Position numbers and translations under genes: made by a program. From contig OX597817.1 in the NCBI GenBank assembly GCA_951406725.2, forward strand, positions 5,642,001-5,706,000: DNA of 64,000 nt. The letters are read 5' to 3'. The notes under the pieces are model-generated. The model did not search any database. It saw only the letters and a program-made list of their open reading frames with translations, and was not told where the DNA came from. Source of the stretch: Octopus vulgaris. Lineage: Eukaryota. This document shows positions 27,031 through 40,831 of the stretch, one piece after another (position 1 is the stretch's first letter; each line of letters begins with the position of its first letter).

Positions 27031-27703
27031 TATTAATTATTTCTTTATTATAATAATAATTTATGTTAGCAGAAACAATAAAACGCAGGTGTTTAGTATA
27101 TGTGTTTATATTGTGAGTTGAAACCCCTCCTTACTTTTCATCTCCTGTTCGTACATTTAGGACTGAGAGGGATAGAGGCGTTATTTTTATATACTAAATA
27201 TGTAAATATAGCGACTCCCAATAGGATTCGGTAAATAAACTTTTAGCATTCAAGATTAATTAACGTTGGGAAATTCTTTCTGAAAATACATTGTGTGTCT
27301 TTGAGGACGTGTGTGTGAGTGTATGTATATATGTGTATGAGTGTGTGGAGATGTGTGTGCATGTGCCTTTTCAGGACATTACTGGAAACAAACAATACAC
27401 TTCTACGGAGACCCCTGGAAAAATATTCTGCCAAAAATGTTATCTCAATTAAATATTCTGTAGTTACCACCCTTATCATTTTATCTTAATACCAGATGTT
27501 AATTGTTATTACTAAATAATTTTTTAACCTGCGAACTGTTTGATCCAGACTGCGGGAGATTGTAAACCGTTTGTATCAATTATTTATTTGTAATTATTCT
27601 GTATTCCAATTTACATTTCCTATACGAAGAACATTAATCACAGTCCAATAATTTAGCCTTCTTTGTGATGGTCTATTTTTATTTTTAATATTTTCCTATA
27701 TTT

Positions 27704-27754
<51 letters not shown>

Positions 27755-29148
27755 ATTTGAAACTGAATCTTTACGGTCTATTTGCTTCATCTTTTGGGGC
27801 TTAATCAGATTTGCCTTACTCGATCACGCCAACCATTAAGAACCTGTGTAGCGTTTGGAAGGTCAGCGGGACAACCCCTGTCTGTCAGAGTTGATCAATA
27901 AAGGATTTTGCTGGACGACTAACCAATGTACATTTTTCTGAGTCTCTGAAGGAGTTATCATTGATGGCTCATCAATTCTCTTCGAAGTCCTGCAAACCGT
28001 ACATGTCTCGCCCTAAGGACAATTTGTGATTGCATAAATACTGCTATAATCTTTGTTCAATGGAATGTTTTTAGTCATGAAAAAATCTAAACGACTCGGA
28101 ACTTGCGAGAGTAAGCGCCATCAAGTCATGTCTCTAAGTGTTCGAGCAATGGGTTTGTATAAAAGCTCAGAGTTCATAATGACATGAACCAAATGGAAAA
28201 CCATAACTTGCAGATGATTCTGAGTCCCTCAAGAATATGCCATATTTTTGCTAGACGATTTTTTTCATCTCTTCTTGGCCTTCTTAATCTATATTAACTC
28301 ATAAACTTGAACATCTATTTGCTTCAATATAAAATATAACTTATAAGAATATATATTAACAAACTTTTTCAAAAGCTGTAAAGTATTGCCTTTTTCACAA
28401 TAAAAACTTAACCGTTGAATATTACTATTGCTGGATCTTTTCAATCTCAGTCACAGATTTTTTTTATTAATTCTTTTCTGGGTCTTTTCAATCTCAGTAA
28501 GATATTTTGATTAATTTTTTTTAACTAAACGGATATTGGTTGAACGTGTCATGTAGAACACGGTTTACTCTTACCGTTGTTGACAAAATTTTATATTTTA
28601 AAAGTTACTTCGTGTTAAAGTTGTCGTATTTGGGTAATTTTAACCAATCAACGACGTGTATTCAGCTGAAGAAAGTTACTGCTGTTTGCGAAAGTTACTC
28701 CCTATTGCTTCACGTTAAAAACTCCACACAATGCTCGAAGAAATTTCAAGAAACTACTGTATTAGTCCCGCTTAGTATTATTGCAGCGTGTACCAAATTT
28801 TTTTTTAAATGTATATATTATTATCACAGATAGATGACTAATGAATTCTTTCAATTCCACTGTTAGAACCTTATTGTATCATCTATGTGAAGGTTGAAAG
28901 ACTTGATGCATTTAAATTTCTTTATAGTTAAGATATATCTATTCTTCAAACATGTAAATCCGTAATGTAATCCATTAGAAACCGTTATAATCAATTTTTA
29001 AACACTTTAATTTTTTTGCACATCCAATTTTTGAAATTTAATTCTCCATTTTATTTGACTCATCCCTATTTCTCCTCCTTTGATAGTTAATATAATATAT
29101 TGCACATTAGACCCGTAGCTGTTTTTCCACATACAACTAAACCTAACC

Positions 29149-29356
29149 TATTTCTTTATTACCCACAAGGGGCTAAACACAGAGGGGACAAACAAGGACA
29201 GACATAGGTATTAAGTCGATTACATCGACCCCAGTGCGTAATTGGTACTTAATTTATCGACCCCGAAAGGATGAAAGGCAAAGTCGACCTCGACGGAATT
29301 TGAACTCAGAACGTAGCGGCAGACGAAATACCACTTAGCATTTCGCCCAGCGTGCT
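29149..29356 (-). mobile_element. SINE family A, 5'-truncated, 17-bp TSD
   Basis: TACAACTAAACCTAACC at 29132-29148 and 29357-29373. Confidence 0.9.
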
Positions 29357-29401
29357 TACAACTAAACCTAACCGTCCTACTTTCCTGCCTGACCGTAACT
29401 G

Positions 29402-29449
<48 letters not shown>

Positions 29450-30842
29450 CAAGAGAAACACTGCTTAAAGTCAGTTATATAATATTTATGTATTATGTTG
29501 TCTTTGTCTGAATATATGATTACTTTATCCTCGCTTAATTTAATACGTTGTGGTGTGACTTTCGGGAAATTTGAGTTTTGTTTCTGTAACGTATTCATCA
29601 ATCAAGTAGAGGTTCACCTTAGTTCGGTCGAAAACTTATTTTGAAAGACGTTTCGGTCCTAAGTAACTCGTGTATTTTTACTTTAGGAAGTACATCGTCC
29701 ATCATTACTTTTATTTCGGATGGTTGTCTGTTGTTTCAATGAGTCTTAACTGCTTTATGCAGTAAATGGAGCGAACATGTAGAAACTCTTTTTATACACC
29801 GAAACTCATCGACATGTATTATTCTATAATATTCTGAGAGAGTGGAAATTTTAGGAAAAAAAAAAAGAGTTAAAACATGCAAACCAGTCTATAGAATTAT
29901 CTGCTTAAAAACAATTTGCTCTCTTTTCCTCTCTTTCTTCCTTTATGTATCTCTCTTTCTCACGTACACACTATTTCATTACGTCAGTGAGATTGTTGGT
30001 AAAGAGCAGTCTGAGATTGTAAGGATTAGTCTCAGGTATGAAATGGTGAGACATGAATTTACGGGAATTTCATTAATTTAGCTGTTTATGCAAGCTGCAG
30101 CGTGAGGTAGATGTTACTTTGGGACAATGTGCTTGTGGATAAGGAAAAAAAGGGTCGGTTGCATACATAAATATATATAATTACATGACAGACAGTGTCA
30201 TATGAATGCATATGTATATATAATTATGCGTAATGTATTCGTTCGTACATATACATATATGTTTGTGTCTTCGAAATTTTGTGAGCAAAGCATACAGACG
30301 CTATATTATATACATATGTGAATAGAATGTTTGTGTTGTGTATATATGAGTGAACGCTCTGATTGAGAACCTTGTTTATGCGCTGCACAGAGGCCATTCG
30401 TCGACATAGATATGCATTATTTGTGTTATTTTCTTTGCTTGTACCAGGATCTCTCGCTTTCTCTCCGTCTCTCTCCTCACATTTTCTCATAACTTCCCTC
30501 TATCTCTCTCAGTTATATTATAGAGAATATACAAGTAGCAAAGCTGAGTTAAATTTATTTAACCATATTACTAAAATTCCTTATCTAATATTTATGTCTA
30601 TCTAGAGATTATTAGCTGCGTAATCTTACAACAATGGTCCTTCTGTGTCAAGCTAGTTTTCAGTGGCTACACTCAAGCATACACGCAAGCGACGTGTTCG
30701 AGTGTATAGATTTGTACTGAGGACTTTCGATTAGGGAGTTCTAATCCCCTTTTGATGTGTCATTTTGTTGTAATAATATTTGAGAAAAGCTCTTTATTCC
30801 ATATCCTGCCTTTGGTGGGAATATTTAACATATCGGTATGTC

Positions 30843-31030
30843 GGGACACCCTTCGGTCACGACACTGACCATGGGATTGCACCTAGAAAGTTACCCTCCT
30901 AGTCACAAGTCTGGGCAAGGTGGTTTATGGAAGACCAGCAGTCGCCCATGCATACCGGCCTCCCCTCTCCACGCCTCCAGTGTCATCCAAGGGAAAGGCA
31001 AGGCCGATACAGCTTGGCACCAGTGACGTC
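30843..31030 (-). mobile_element. 3' part of SINE family D
   Basis: Closely matches 51287-51475. Confidence 0.8.
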
Positions 31031-33040
31031 GGTATATAGGATATAGAATAAGAGGAACATTCCCTTAGCATATCTATATAACACAAGTTTACGCACAGCT
31101 ACGTTTTAGCCAAAATAATGAATAATAACTAATGACGATTCCTTGTGGAAAGTCAAAGTCAATTCGATTTCATCAATCTCCGCACTGCAGAAACATGGAA
31201 TGCAAAGTTTACAGAACTTGGACTTGATCACCGGGATTTAGAGGAACGATGGAGTCAATGAAGGTGTTTTTAAGTAATCGCTTGGTCTCAAAGAAGCAGC
31301 CGTATTCCCCACTTCACACTTAAGCGTCAATAAACGTTAAGGTACATCTTACAATGTAATCTTGCAATGTAGTCAATGTAATTGAAAATTTTCCATCGCT
31401 GGTCGCCTGGATGAAGTTTGATCTGCAGCTAAAAGCCAAGAAGAAAGAACAGATTAGAGGACTCACTCCTAAATGGACTATCAATGACCTGCGTGCCAAA
31501 CAACACTAAAAGAACAGGTTAGAAAATGTACTAGATATGCTATCATTGCTTATACATGAATTAATATCAAGAACAATTCATTTCTTATTAAAGGAATGAG
31601 ATTGCTACATTATATATTGTCCCCAGAAAGGGTAAGAGGCAGAGTTTAGCTTGGGAGTTTGAAATCGGAGACTGAGATCCAGAACGAATGCTGCAAAGTA
31701 TTCCATCCAATATTGTAACATCACTGTCAACTCAGCGCCTGAGTAACGACGGGGTGAAACCTCCGTTTCAACGAAATGGATATTTTTACACAATGTATGT
31801 ATTTGTTTAAGATGACTGCTTATTTTGACAAGGAAAACAGATATATTTTCTTTCATTTTAATGCACGCAAATTGCCTGGGATATAAACAAAGCTTTTACA
31901 TCCAAGACATGAAAAAAAGGACTTCAGAATTGTCACTTGAGTTTGGAAATTACATAAATCATGTCTGTAGATAAGATATTTAGTCAGGCTGGACTTTCTG
32001 TGGTACTTATTTCCCCTTATTTTCTCCTATTTTCTTTTAATCCCTTTTTTCTTCGCTTTTTTTTATTCCTTCCATTTCCGTTCTTCGTGCCACTACCCAT
32101 TTCCCTACATAAAAGGAACATATGTAGTGTAAGTTAGATTTGAAACCAAAACCGTCTGTTTAATTTTCTTTTTCTCTTCGCGTTTGCAAATTTCTAAACA
32201 GATTAGTCGGAAAAAATCGCTCAAATGCAAAAAATAATAGTTCTAATAATAATAGTATTATAGAGAAAATATACATACACGGACGAACGATGTAAAGTAA
32301 AACGAAACAACTAATAATAAATATGTTGCTCTGAGAGGAAAGCTGAAATGTGGGGAGTACAAGCGAGGTTTCCCTCATTTAATTTCACACATGAATTAAC
32401 ATTTATTTACTAGAACGGATGTTTTGTGTTTGTATTCAAGTATGTATTGTTTACAGTGGAGCGCCTTTCTGTGCGCACTCGCAAGCATATCAGTGTAGAC
32501 GGATCTTGCCTAAAGTTAAGGTAGTAATATTAGTGTAGTGTTGAGTAGGATATGTGTACTACGGTGAGAGTATTCAAAGAAAATCATTTTTTAGCATAGA
32601 AATATTAAGTGGCGTGTACTTGTATATATGTCTATGTGTATGGGAAAGACTGTTCTATTTTATAATTCTCCGCCTTCTCTCCACTTCACAGCCTGCTTTC
32701 AAAGACGTTTTTTTATTATATAATTCTATGTGATCCATCTTAATTTCCAAAACGAATGAAAATATCTCAAGTCGTATTGCTGGTTTTCTTAATGACATTT
32801 CACCTTCATGGCGACGGAATCTCTCCGTTATAACCGTTATTGTTGTTCTCTTCCCTATCTACGTCTTCATTTACATCATCACTCATTCTCTAAATTAATG
32901 TCGTCTCTGCCACCATAATTAACAATATAGAATCGTTATCGAGTCGTCATCATTACATACATCACTATCTACATCATCATCATCTACATCATTACCGATA
33001 GTTAAACATTATCATTACTCACTTTAAACTTCAGCTTTTA

Positions 33041-33927
33041 TATTACCTTGAGTCAAAATTTTTTGCAATGTTTTGTTAACTTATTTGATATATTCGTCAA
33101 GTTACAGCAAAAGCAGTCTAGCATTCAAAGTAGAGACCATCATGTTGCCCTGTCTGAAGCCACCTTTCTGCCAGTTCGTTTTACCCTACGCTGATATCCA
33201 TCCGTGTCTTTCGAGGCGAAGAACTCTTTCACGAAACTTCTACCTCCTCTTGGTTGATGAAGCGTTGCGAATGCAGGAACTGAACCACGGATCGGAACAA
33301 GTAATAATCCGAGGGAGATATTTTACCGCTATCCGAACGTGCATAAGCAGTGTTTAAGCCAGAGTTAGATTCCAAGACCTCACGCCAAACAGGCGTTTCT
33401 AACGCAAGGTGATGCTTTGTGTCTGATGGAATTAAGTGGGGATAGTTCACTTCGTGTTCGTTCTGGGCGGTCGAAACGTAGATGCCAACCTGTACTGTGA
33501 ACAACTAGAACGGGTGTATGCCATTGTGCGACAAAAATATCCGGCATCGCTTAACTGAAAGCGATCTCATACATTGTAAGACGACGCAAAACATCATGTC
33601 GCTCGAATGACCCGGGATAAATTCCAGGAATTTGAGGGAATCGAACTGATACTTACCACACTCAGCATATAGTCCGGCCCTAGCTCCCTCATATTATTTG
33701 CTCCGATCTATGGCTCACTCCCTCCATTCATGACGCTTCATGGAAACTTCAGTCAAGGAGTTTGCCTCGAAAGGCAAAAAGTGGCCTCAGTGTAGGATCA
33801 AAGAACCGGCAGAAAGGTAGCATTAGACAGAGCAGCACAATGGCCTCTACTTTGAATGTTGAGATGTTTTTGTTGAAACTTGACGAATGAAGCAAAATAT
33901 TGTAAGAGTTTTTGACTCAGCACAATA
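33041..33927. mobile_element. Rearranged mariner element with an inverted duplicated 3' end
   Basis: Plus strand from 33403: RKVMLCV*WN*VGIVHF...LYCEQLERV...PHSAYSPALAPS; minus strand 33041-33355 repeats SPSDYYLFRS... and the same terminus. Confidence 0.8.
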
Positions 33928-35319
33928 TTAGATAGAAGGGACATAATACCTCTTGCTGGCGAGAACACTAATTCATTACAACACTTCTAGAATGCCATAT
34001 CCAATTCACAAGTCTGTGGGTTCAAACAGAACGTTAAAATTATTAACCTGGCTCCATTAACCTTGCTCCATCAACCATTACCCTTAGGTAAGATGAACAG
34101 TTTAAAAGAAGATAATGATCACTTTTTCTCTCCTTTTCCTGAAATTGAGAAACGAAGTAAAATATCTTCCCAGCTAATAACATAACATTCTAGAAACGCC
34201 GTACCAAATCATGGATATTATACATGTACATAGAATCAGAACACAACAGCAATGAAAAAACAACCTTTCTATGAGAAACACTGCCAACGTTCACTTAAAC
34301 GTATATATATGCAAGAGTTAGAATAATATCATTAGCCGCTTTAACTCACAAATACTATGCTAGGACACATAGCCATGGATAAATTGAAAGCAACAGCAAC
34401 TGTCACACTCAGTTTCATTCATACTACCTTCGTTATAAGCACCTCCTTGACCTGTATCATGCAGAACCAGACGGAATAATAGAAATAATGCAACTTGAGC
34501 TGATTATCCCACTGCACTCTATTTGTAAATCTACGTTGTGTCGGAGTGTGCGATGTCGTCCTTGGTTAAACAGATGCCTGATATAATTATTGATTACACT
34601 TAGTCGTTCGATCTACCTGCCGTTTGTCTACATTATCCGAGCTAACCTAGGTTATGCAACACCAACCGCATAAAAAGCCTCTGAAGTCATGAACGTTACA
34701 TAGCAAATCGTTTGCTTTTACATTAGAAAATCTAAGTCTCCAACAGCTTTTCGAAAGGATTTCTAATGCATGTAATTATCCTAATATTTGTCACATATCC
34801 TTAGTTTCTTTCTCAGTGCATAAACAGTACATCAGCCTTGCACAGTTGTTGATTTCAGCATTGATGAGTATCCTCGCTGACAGATGTGTTCACATTGCAT
34901 TTGCAAAAAGAGGCTTATGCATATTAGTACATATCCAACATGATCATACAGCTGTTAAAGCAAATATAAATAACATCCTACCGTAGACTTGCCCATACGC
35001 ATAACGTTGGCACAAGAATAACTGTGTAGGGGTGTAGTTAAGAAAGTTACTTTTCGTGACTTCCTAGTATAGTTTAATCTCATTTTGTGGCACTTTAGCC
35101 GACACCAGGAGGCTACGGTTGAAGACTCGTCTAAAACCTTCAAATTTAAATTTCCTTGATGCTCTGCTCATTTCGATCAGGCGTGATGCCGGAAAACCAT
35201 CGAATTCTTTAAACAAGATTTGTCAATCATACGTTTTTAATCCCCTGACGTTTTTAATCCTTATCATTTCCGCTTTCTCACCTCATTTGGAAAATTCAAA
35301 GATTTTAACTTTTACTATA

Positions 35320-35734
35320 GGCGCAGGAGTGGCTGTGTGGTAAGTAGCTTGTTTACCAACCGCATGGTTCCGGGTTCAGTCCCACTGCGTGGCACCTTGG
35401 GTAAGTGTCTTCTACTATAGCCTCGGGCCGACCAATGCCTTGTGAGTGGATTTGGTAGACGGAAACTAAAAGAAGCCTGTCGTATATATGTATATATATA
35501 TGTGTATGTGTGTGTATGTGTTTGTGTGTTTGTGTTTGTCCCCCTAGCATTGCTTGACAACCGATGCTGGTGTGTTTATGTCCCCGTTACTTAGCGGTTC
35601 GGCAAAAGAGACCGATAAAATAAGTACTGGGCTTACAAAAGAATAAGTCCTGGGGTCGATTTGCTCGATTAAAGGCGGTGCTCCAGCATGGCCGCAGTCA
35701 AAATGACTGAAACAAGTAAAAGAGTAAAAGAGAG
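35320..35734 (+). mobile_element. SINE family C, full length
   Basis: Head GGCGCAGGAGTGGCTGTGTGGTAAG...GGTTCAGTCCC; AAAAGAGT repeats at tail. Confidence 0.88.
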
Positions 35735-36003
35735 TATATCCTAAAATATAGTTATGTGCTTTATTAAAGAAATCAAACACAGCTGCAGTTTGGTGACTGA
35801 AATAAGTAAAGGAGTAGAAGAATATTCGTCGAAACGTCTCCGGATGATACTGATATTTCTTTTTCCGAATCTTAAGTTGTAATAATTTTGTTACAGCACA
35901 CGATGTGGTTTTCTTTCGAAATTAAAGCACTACTCGTCTCAAAAGATTTCGTAAATATAGTTTAGTCATGACAAACGGCTGGTTAGTTGTACACGCGTAA
36001 TAT

Positions 36004-36292
36004 TGTTTGTTCCTTCTCGAGCCACGCCTGGCTCATAAGGACAGGTTTCCCGGTTTCCTTGGCGTATAGGTTCTCCACCTGGACGGGACGCCGGTCCGTC
36101 GCAGGTGAGCTGCAAGATGCAGGAGGAAAGAGTGAGAGAAAGTTGTGGCAAAAGAGTACAGCAGAAGTTCGCCATTACCTTCTGCCGGAGCCGCGTGGAG
36201 CTTAGGTGTCTCGCTCATAAACACACACATCGCCCGGTCTGAGATTTGAACCCGCGTGTCCGCTGCTCTAACCACTTGGCCATGTGTCTCCA
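36004..36292 (-). mobile_element. SINE family B head with tail type 2
   Basis: Shares head/body with 24283; tail has CCTGCGACGGACCGGCGTCCCGTCCAGG. Confidence 0.75.
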
Positions 36293-39200
36293 CTACACAC
36301 GTAATATACTCTCTTATAAACAATAACACACCAGAGTATTATACGAGTTAGTAACTATTGATTAAACTCTCCTTCCAAACGTATTTTTACATGTGGAGCT
36401 AGACTCCCTTGTTTTTTGTTTTGTTTGTTTGCATTATTCCTTTTAATGACGTCCATTTTGAGACAGAGACAGATAGACAGACAGAAAGAGCAAAAGAGGA
36501 GTGCGTGTGAACCATGCATTTTTTGTCAAACCGTTGTATCCCGTTTCCTTTCTCCGCCAGAATGTTCCGACTCTTGAAGAAATACCGTTAGGTATTTTGT
36601 TCCATTCTGTAATAATTTTACCAATCTACCGCTGTTCTACAAAGCTAGACCCTACAATGCATGAAATCGTGTGCTTGTGTGTGTAGACACGCCCATGCAA
36701 TGCTATTATGTACTTATTAACTCTACACTTAAATCTCACCTTTAGCACTTTCGTTGAGAGGTTCAATCTGAAGAGCTACTGTTTGTGACAATCGCACACA
36801 CTTGTATATTTGTGCTTATTTAAATACTTTAAAAGCAGTCAGTGTTTTCTGTAACTTTAGAGTCCATGACCTTTTATTGGCCTCTTTTTTAGTTTTCTGA
36901 CATGTGTATTAGACATACCAATTGAAAATTCTTGCTATCTTTGTTCTTTTTTTTTTCTTTTTTTCTCCGTGCATTTCTATCTTTTTCCTTCTTTTCTGTT
37001 AAATCTCCTGTTTTCTCTTTCTTGGTAAGTTTTGTTGTGGGCGGTGTGCTCTCAGCCAACCAGTTTTGTTTAACCAATTTGTATTATCAGCTGCAGTACC
37101 TTCACTTCATTGAATGAGACATGGAATTCACAGCTTTCACTAGTCTCGCCTTCAAAATGGATAGAATTCGCCACACGCGAATGTCTATTAACTAAGACAA
37201 TATACATTAAATAACCCTACACTTGTAAATATCTATACCTGTTTTAAAATATTTTCTTATTCGGATGAATCAATCACTGTCGCCATGTAATCGAAGAGAA
37301 CTCTCTATAACTAAGTATTACGTTAATTGCCGTTTACCCACAAAGCTGCCCCGAATGAGCAGCACTCTAACCAGAGTCGATCTAACCGTGATCGACTCGA
37401 CTTTTTGTTTAACTAGCTGCAGTTGTTGAGCGACCACGCTGTGTTGCCACCTTGGATGGGGTATAATTGAGTCTATGGTTTGAGATTTTGTACCTCCCAT
37501 TGGCGCAGATATACACTACGTTGAAAAGCCTCTACAAACACTCCATAAGTTTTTCTCTTGGTTTCCAAATACCACAGTCTACATTTGTTTCAGTGTATGA
37601 TAGATGCCGGAACATTTGTTGATCTTTTAAATCGTTTATTCTATCATGAACTGATTGATAAATATCATTCACCTCGACCTGTCGATTAGCCTCTTAATGA
37701 ACTCTATGATACAGCAGGTGCAAAAGTATTTGGAAGATTTCTTATTTTTGTCTTGAATTTGCAAGAGGGCGTTAAACTACTCGATGTAGTAAACCGTGTG
37801 GTCTTTTCTATTATTATTCAAATTACGCGTTATTATTATTCAAATAACCCAAATGACTAATTCTGAAGAGAATAACAAGCGAGACGTTAATTAAAATTAA
37901 ATATGAAATACAGCGAATAAGGTGTGCGATCTTCGACAGTGTGGTGATAACTCCGGGCATGTTTCGGCCTTAAGCCTCGTCAACGAAACATCACCTAAAG
38001 GGTAAAACCTTACACTGACTAGAGATATAGGTTTCGTGAATCAATATCGAGTGCATGATTAATTTATTTCAATTTCTGGTGTTATTTCTCCTGTCTTTTA
38101 ACTAGAATTGGCAATTTACTTCGTCTTGAATTAGTCTTTTAGTGGATGTAATTCTAATTAAAATCTTTGGGCTTACTACATCAGAGTGGCTACCATTAAG
38201 TTTTCATGCTTGTTTGATTTTCGAAACACTAGTAAATAAATCGATAGTAAACTAGATAAACAATGAAGAGTTTAGTGGTTCGCATCTTGTCAGCAGCAAA
38301 ACCCGTAATCTATACACTCTGAATGCCTTTAGATATTGGGCTAATCCATCAGGATGTGTAGCCAAATAGCTGCAAGTATATTTCCGCAAACAATTAAATT
38401 GGTCCCTTTAACTTAAGAACATTTAAAAATAAAGAAACAGGAAAGCAGGTAGATAAGAAACGAATAGAAATGGAAAAAAGAAAAGTGGGAGGGGGTAAAG
38501 CAGCAGAAGATGGAGGGGAATGGGATGATGGGCCAAATGCCCCGGATCTAATGGTGTGCTCAGCCGCTTCCCGCAGTAGTAACCTTGATGGCGTTGCAGT
38601 GGAGAATGGCCAGCGACACTCGCGGGGATCGTTTCTCCGACGGGCCGCCGTTGTCTCTATTTTGCGGAAGAAATCGATAGAACACCTGACTTTTCGACGG
38701 CGTTTGGCACAAACAGTTAGCGGTCGGCCAAGCCCCTGTATTTATTGATTTTTCTCTCTTCCACGTTATGGGCAGTGACACTTGGTTTGCAGCCGATGAC
38801 TTGATTCTTATAAAGCATGCGAGAGTATAAGATTTTGTTTTAAAATGTGATAGGACATTATACTGAGTTTGGCGTGTGCACTCTCCAAATGAGTAAAAAT
38901 AACTCCAGCGAAATTATTGAAGTAAAGCATTGAAAATCGCTGTAATTATCTTTGTGTTTATGCGTATGAAACCTCATAAATATATGTATATATAGATAAA
39001 ATTTAATTAAAATGCGTTTCTTGTCTTTGCAGGTAAGAAAATTTTAAGCTTTACTACTCTCAGTCAGTGGAGCTTGAACAATCGGTTAATGGAAAACATT
39101 ACTTTCTATGTATGTATGGCACTTACGTATTTGTTTCTTTGTTTTCTTCCAAGAATAACTTTTCTAATTGGTTTTTATATTATTGGTAAGATTATTGGAT

Positions 39201-39596
39201 TTTTGCACGAACATATATATATTCATGATGAGTAGACACTTCTCACTTGCGATATATTCTTTACCTTCTAGTATTAAATATCATAAAAAAACTAAACTCT
39301 TTGCACTTAATTTAGATCAATTGCAATTAAGTGCGCTAAGCGAATCAAGATACGTTCTTCGTCGAGAAGGCAAGGCTTAGATTAATAACTTTTAGCGGAT
39401 ATAGATAAATATTTACTTTGGATGAGAATATAAACCTGAATTAACATCCAAAACTTAATTTATACTTTTTGTTTTCGACTAGCGGAGAGCAAAACTATGT
39501 ATTATGACATTTAAATACCATAATATATTTGACTTGCCCACGGTCTAATCTTGCAATCATTGATCGTAATAACTATAATAAAAATAATAAATATAA

Positions 39597-39970
39597 TCCT
39601 TTCTACTATAGGCACAAGGCCTGAAATTTTGGGGAGGAGACTAGTGGATTGCACCGACCTTACCGTTTCACTGGTATTTATTCTATCGACCCCGAAAGGA
39701 TGAAAGGCAAAGTCGACCTCGGTTACATTTGAACTAAGAACATTAAGGCGGACGAAATAGCCGGGGTGCTGATGGTTCTGCCACCTTACCGCTTAAGTAA
39801 TAATAATAGTTTCTACTAAAGGTGAAAGGCCTGAATTTTAGGGGAGGAGTAAAAGTCGATTACATTGACCCCAGTGTTTTACTGATACTTAATTTATCGA
39901 CCTCAGAAAGATGAAAGGTAAAGTCGATTCCGGTAACGTTTGAACTAAGAACATACAGACGGACGAAATG
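39597..39970 (-). mobile_element. Two tandem SINE family A2 copies
   Basis: Two tttctacta...aaggcctgaa...gaaag-atgaaagg blocks. Confidence 0.75.
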
Positions 39971-39984
39971 TGGCTTAAAAGACA

Positions 39985-40831
39985 CCAGAGCCGACGCTGT
40001 AATGGCTTGCATAAAGTTATCTTCCTTGTGGGGGAACGTGACAATTTTGACTCTTACAACGAACATGAGAGCCCAGCTTTTCGGCGACAACTTATTGGAC
40101 GACTTCTCCAAGCAACTTTTTGCCGTTGGTGATGGTACAGCCCCCTTCGATGCAGCTGGAGAGATGGCTGAATCACCTGTAGGCACACCTGTGGAAACTG
40201 TGGACGACCTTACGACTGCATATAAACTACCAAAACCTGAATTGGCTGTGCGAAAGAGCCATATTAACTCCCCAAAACACTGTTGCGAAACTGAATGAAA
40301 ACGCACTGCGAAATCTTCATACCTACAAGTTTGTGGACACTGTTGTGAACCAAGAAGAGGCCGTTAATATTCCTATAGAATTCCTCAGTTCACTGGACCC
40401 CTCCGGACTACCGCCTAATCAACTGCACCTCAAAATTCGAGCTCCGGTTATGCTGCTGAGGAAGCTGGAGCCTCCACGGCTATGCAACGGAATGCGGTTA
40501 GTGATAAAAAATGTGCTGCCTCATGTTATTGAAGCAACAATTCTTATGGGTATCAGAGATAACTCTTTATAGCCAGGTTACCTCTTACTCCATCAGATAA
40601 GCAATGCCCCTGTACCTTGCGTCGACTTCAGTTCCCTCTTCGACTTTTCTTTGCCATGTCCATCAACAAGTCCCAAGGCCAAACTCTAGCAACAACAGAC
40701 CCCCATTTAGGCTGACCATGCTTCTCGCACGGCCAATTATACGTCGGATGCAAAAAAAAGAAAAGAAAAACCTTTACTTGTTCGCCTCGAAAGCCAAAAC
40801 GAAAAATGCCGTTTACCGTGAGGTGCTGTAG
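39985..40831 (+). pseudogene. Helitron Rep/Hel C-terminal PIF1-family helicase remnant
   Basis: Frameshifted pieces: LTLTTNMRAQL..FSKQLFAVGDG; IPIEFLSSLDPSGLPP..LHLKIRAPVMLLR..RLCNGMRL; RLQFPLRLFFAMSINKSQGQTL; CFSHGQLYV; KTKNAVYREVL*. Confidence 0.9.

Noticed and set aside
29132-29373. Telomere-like CCTAACC motifs
   Set aside because: They are the two copies of a SINE target-site duplication.
35810-35845. GAAACGTC as a hammerhead 3' half (similar case on the minus strand at 29645-29700)
   Set aside because: No recognisable CUGANGA core or consistent stems.
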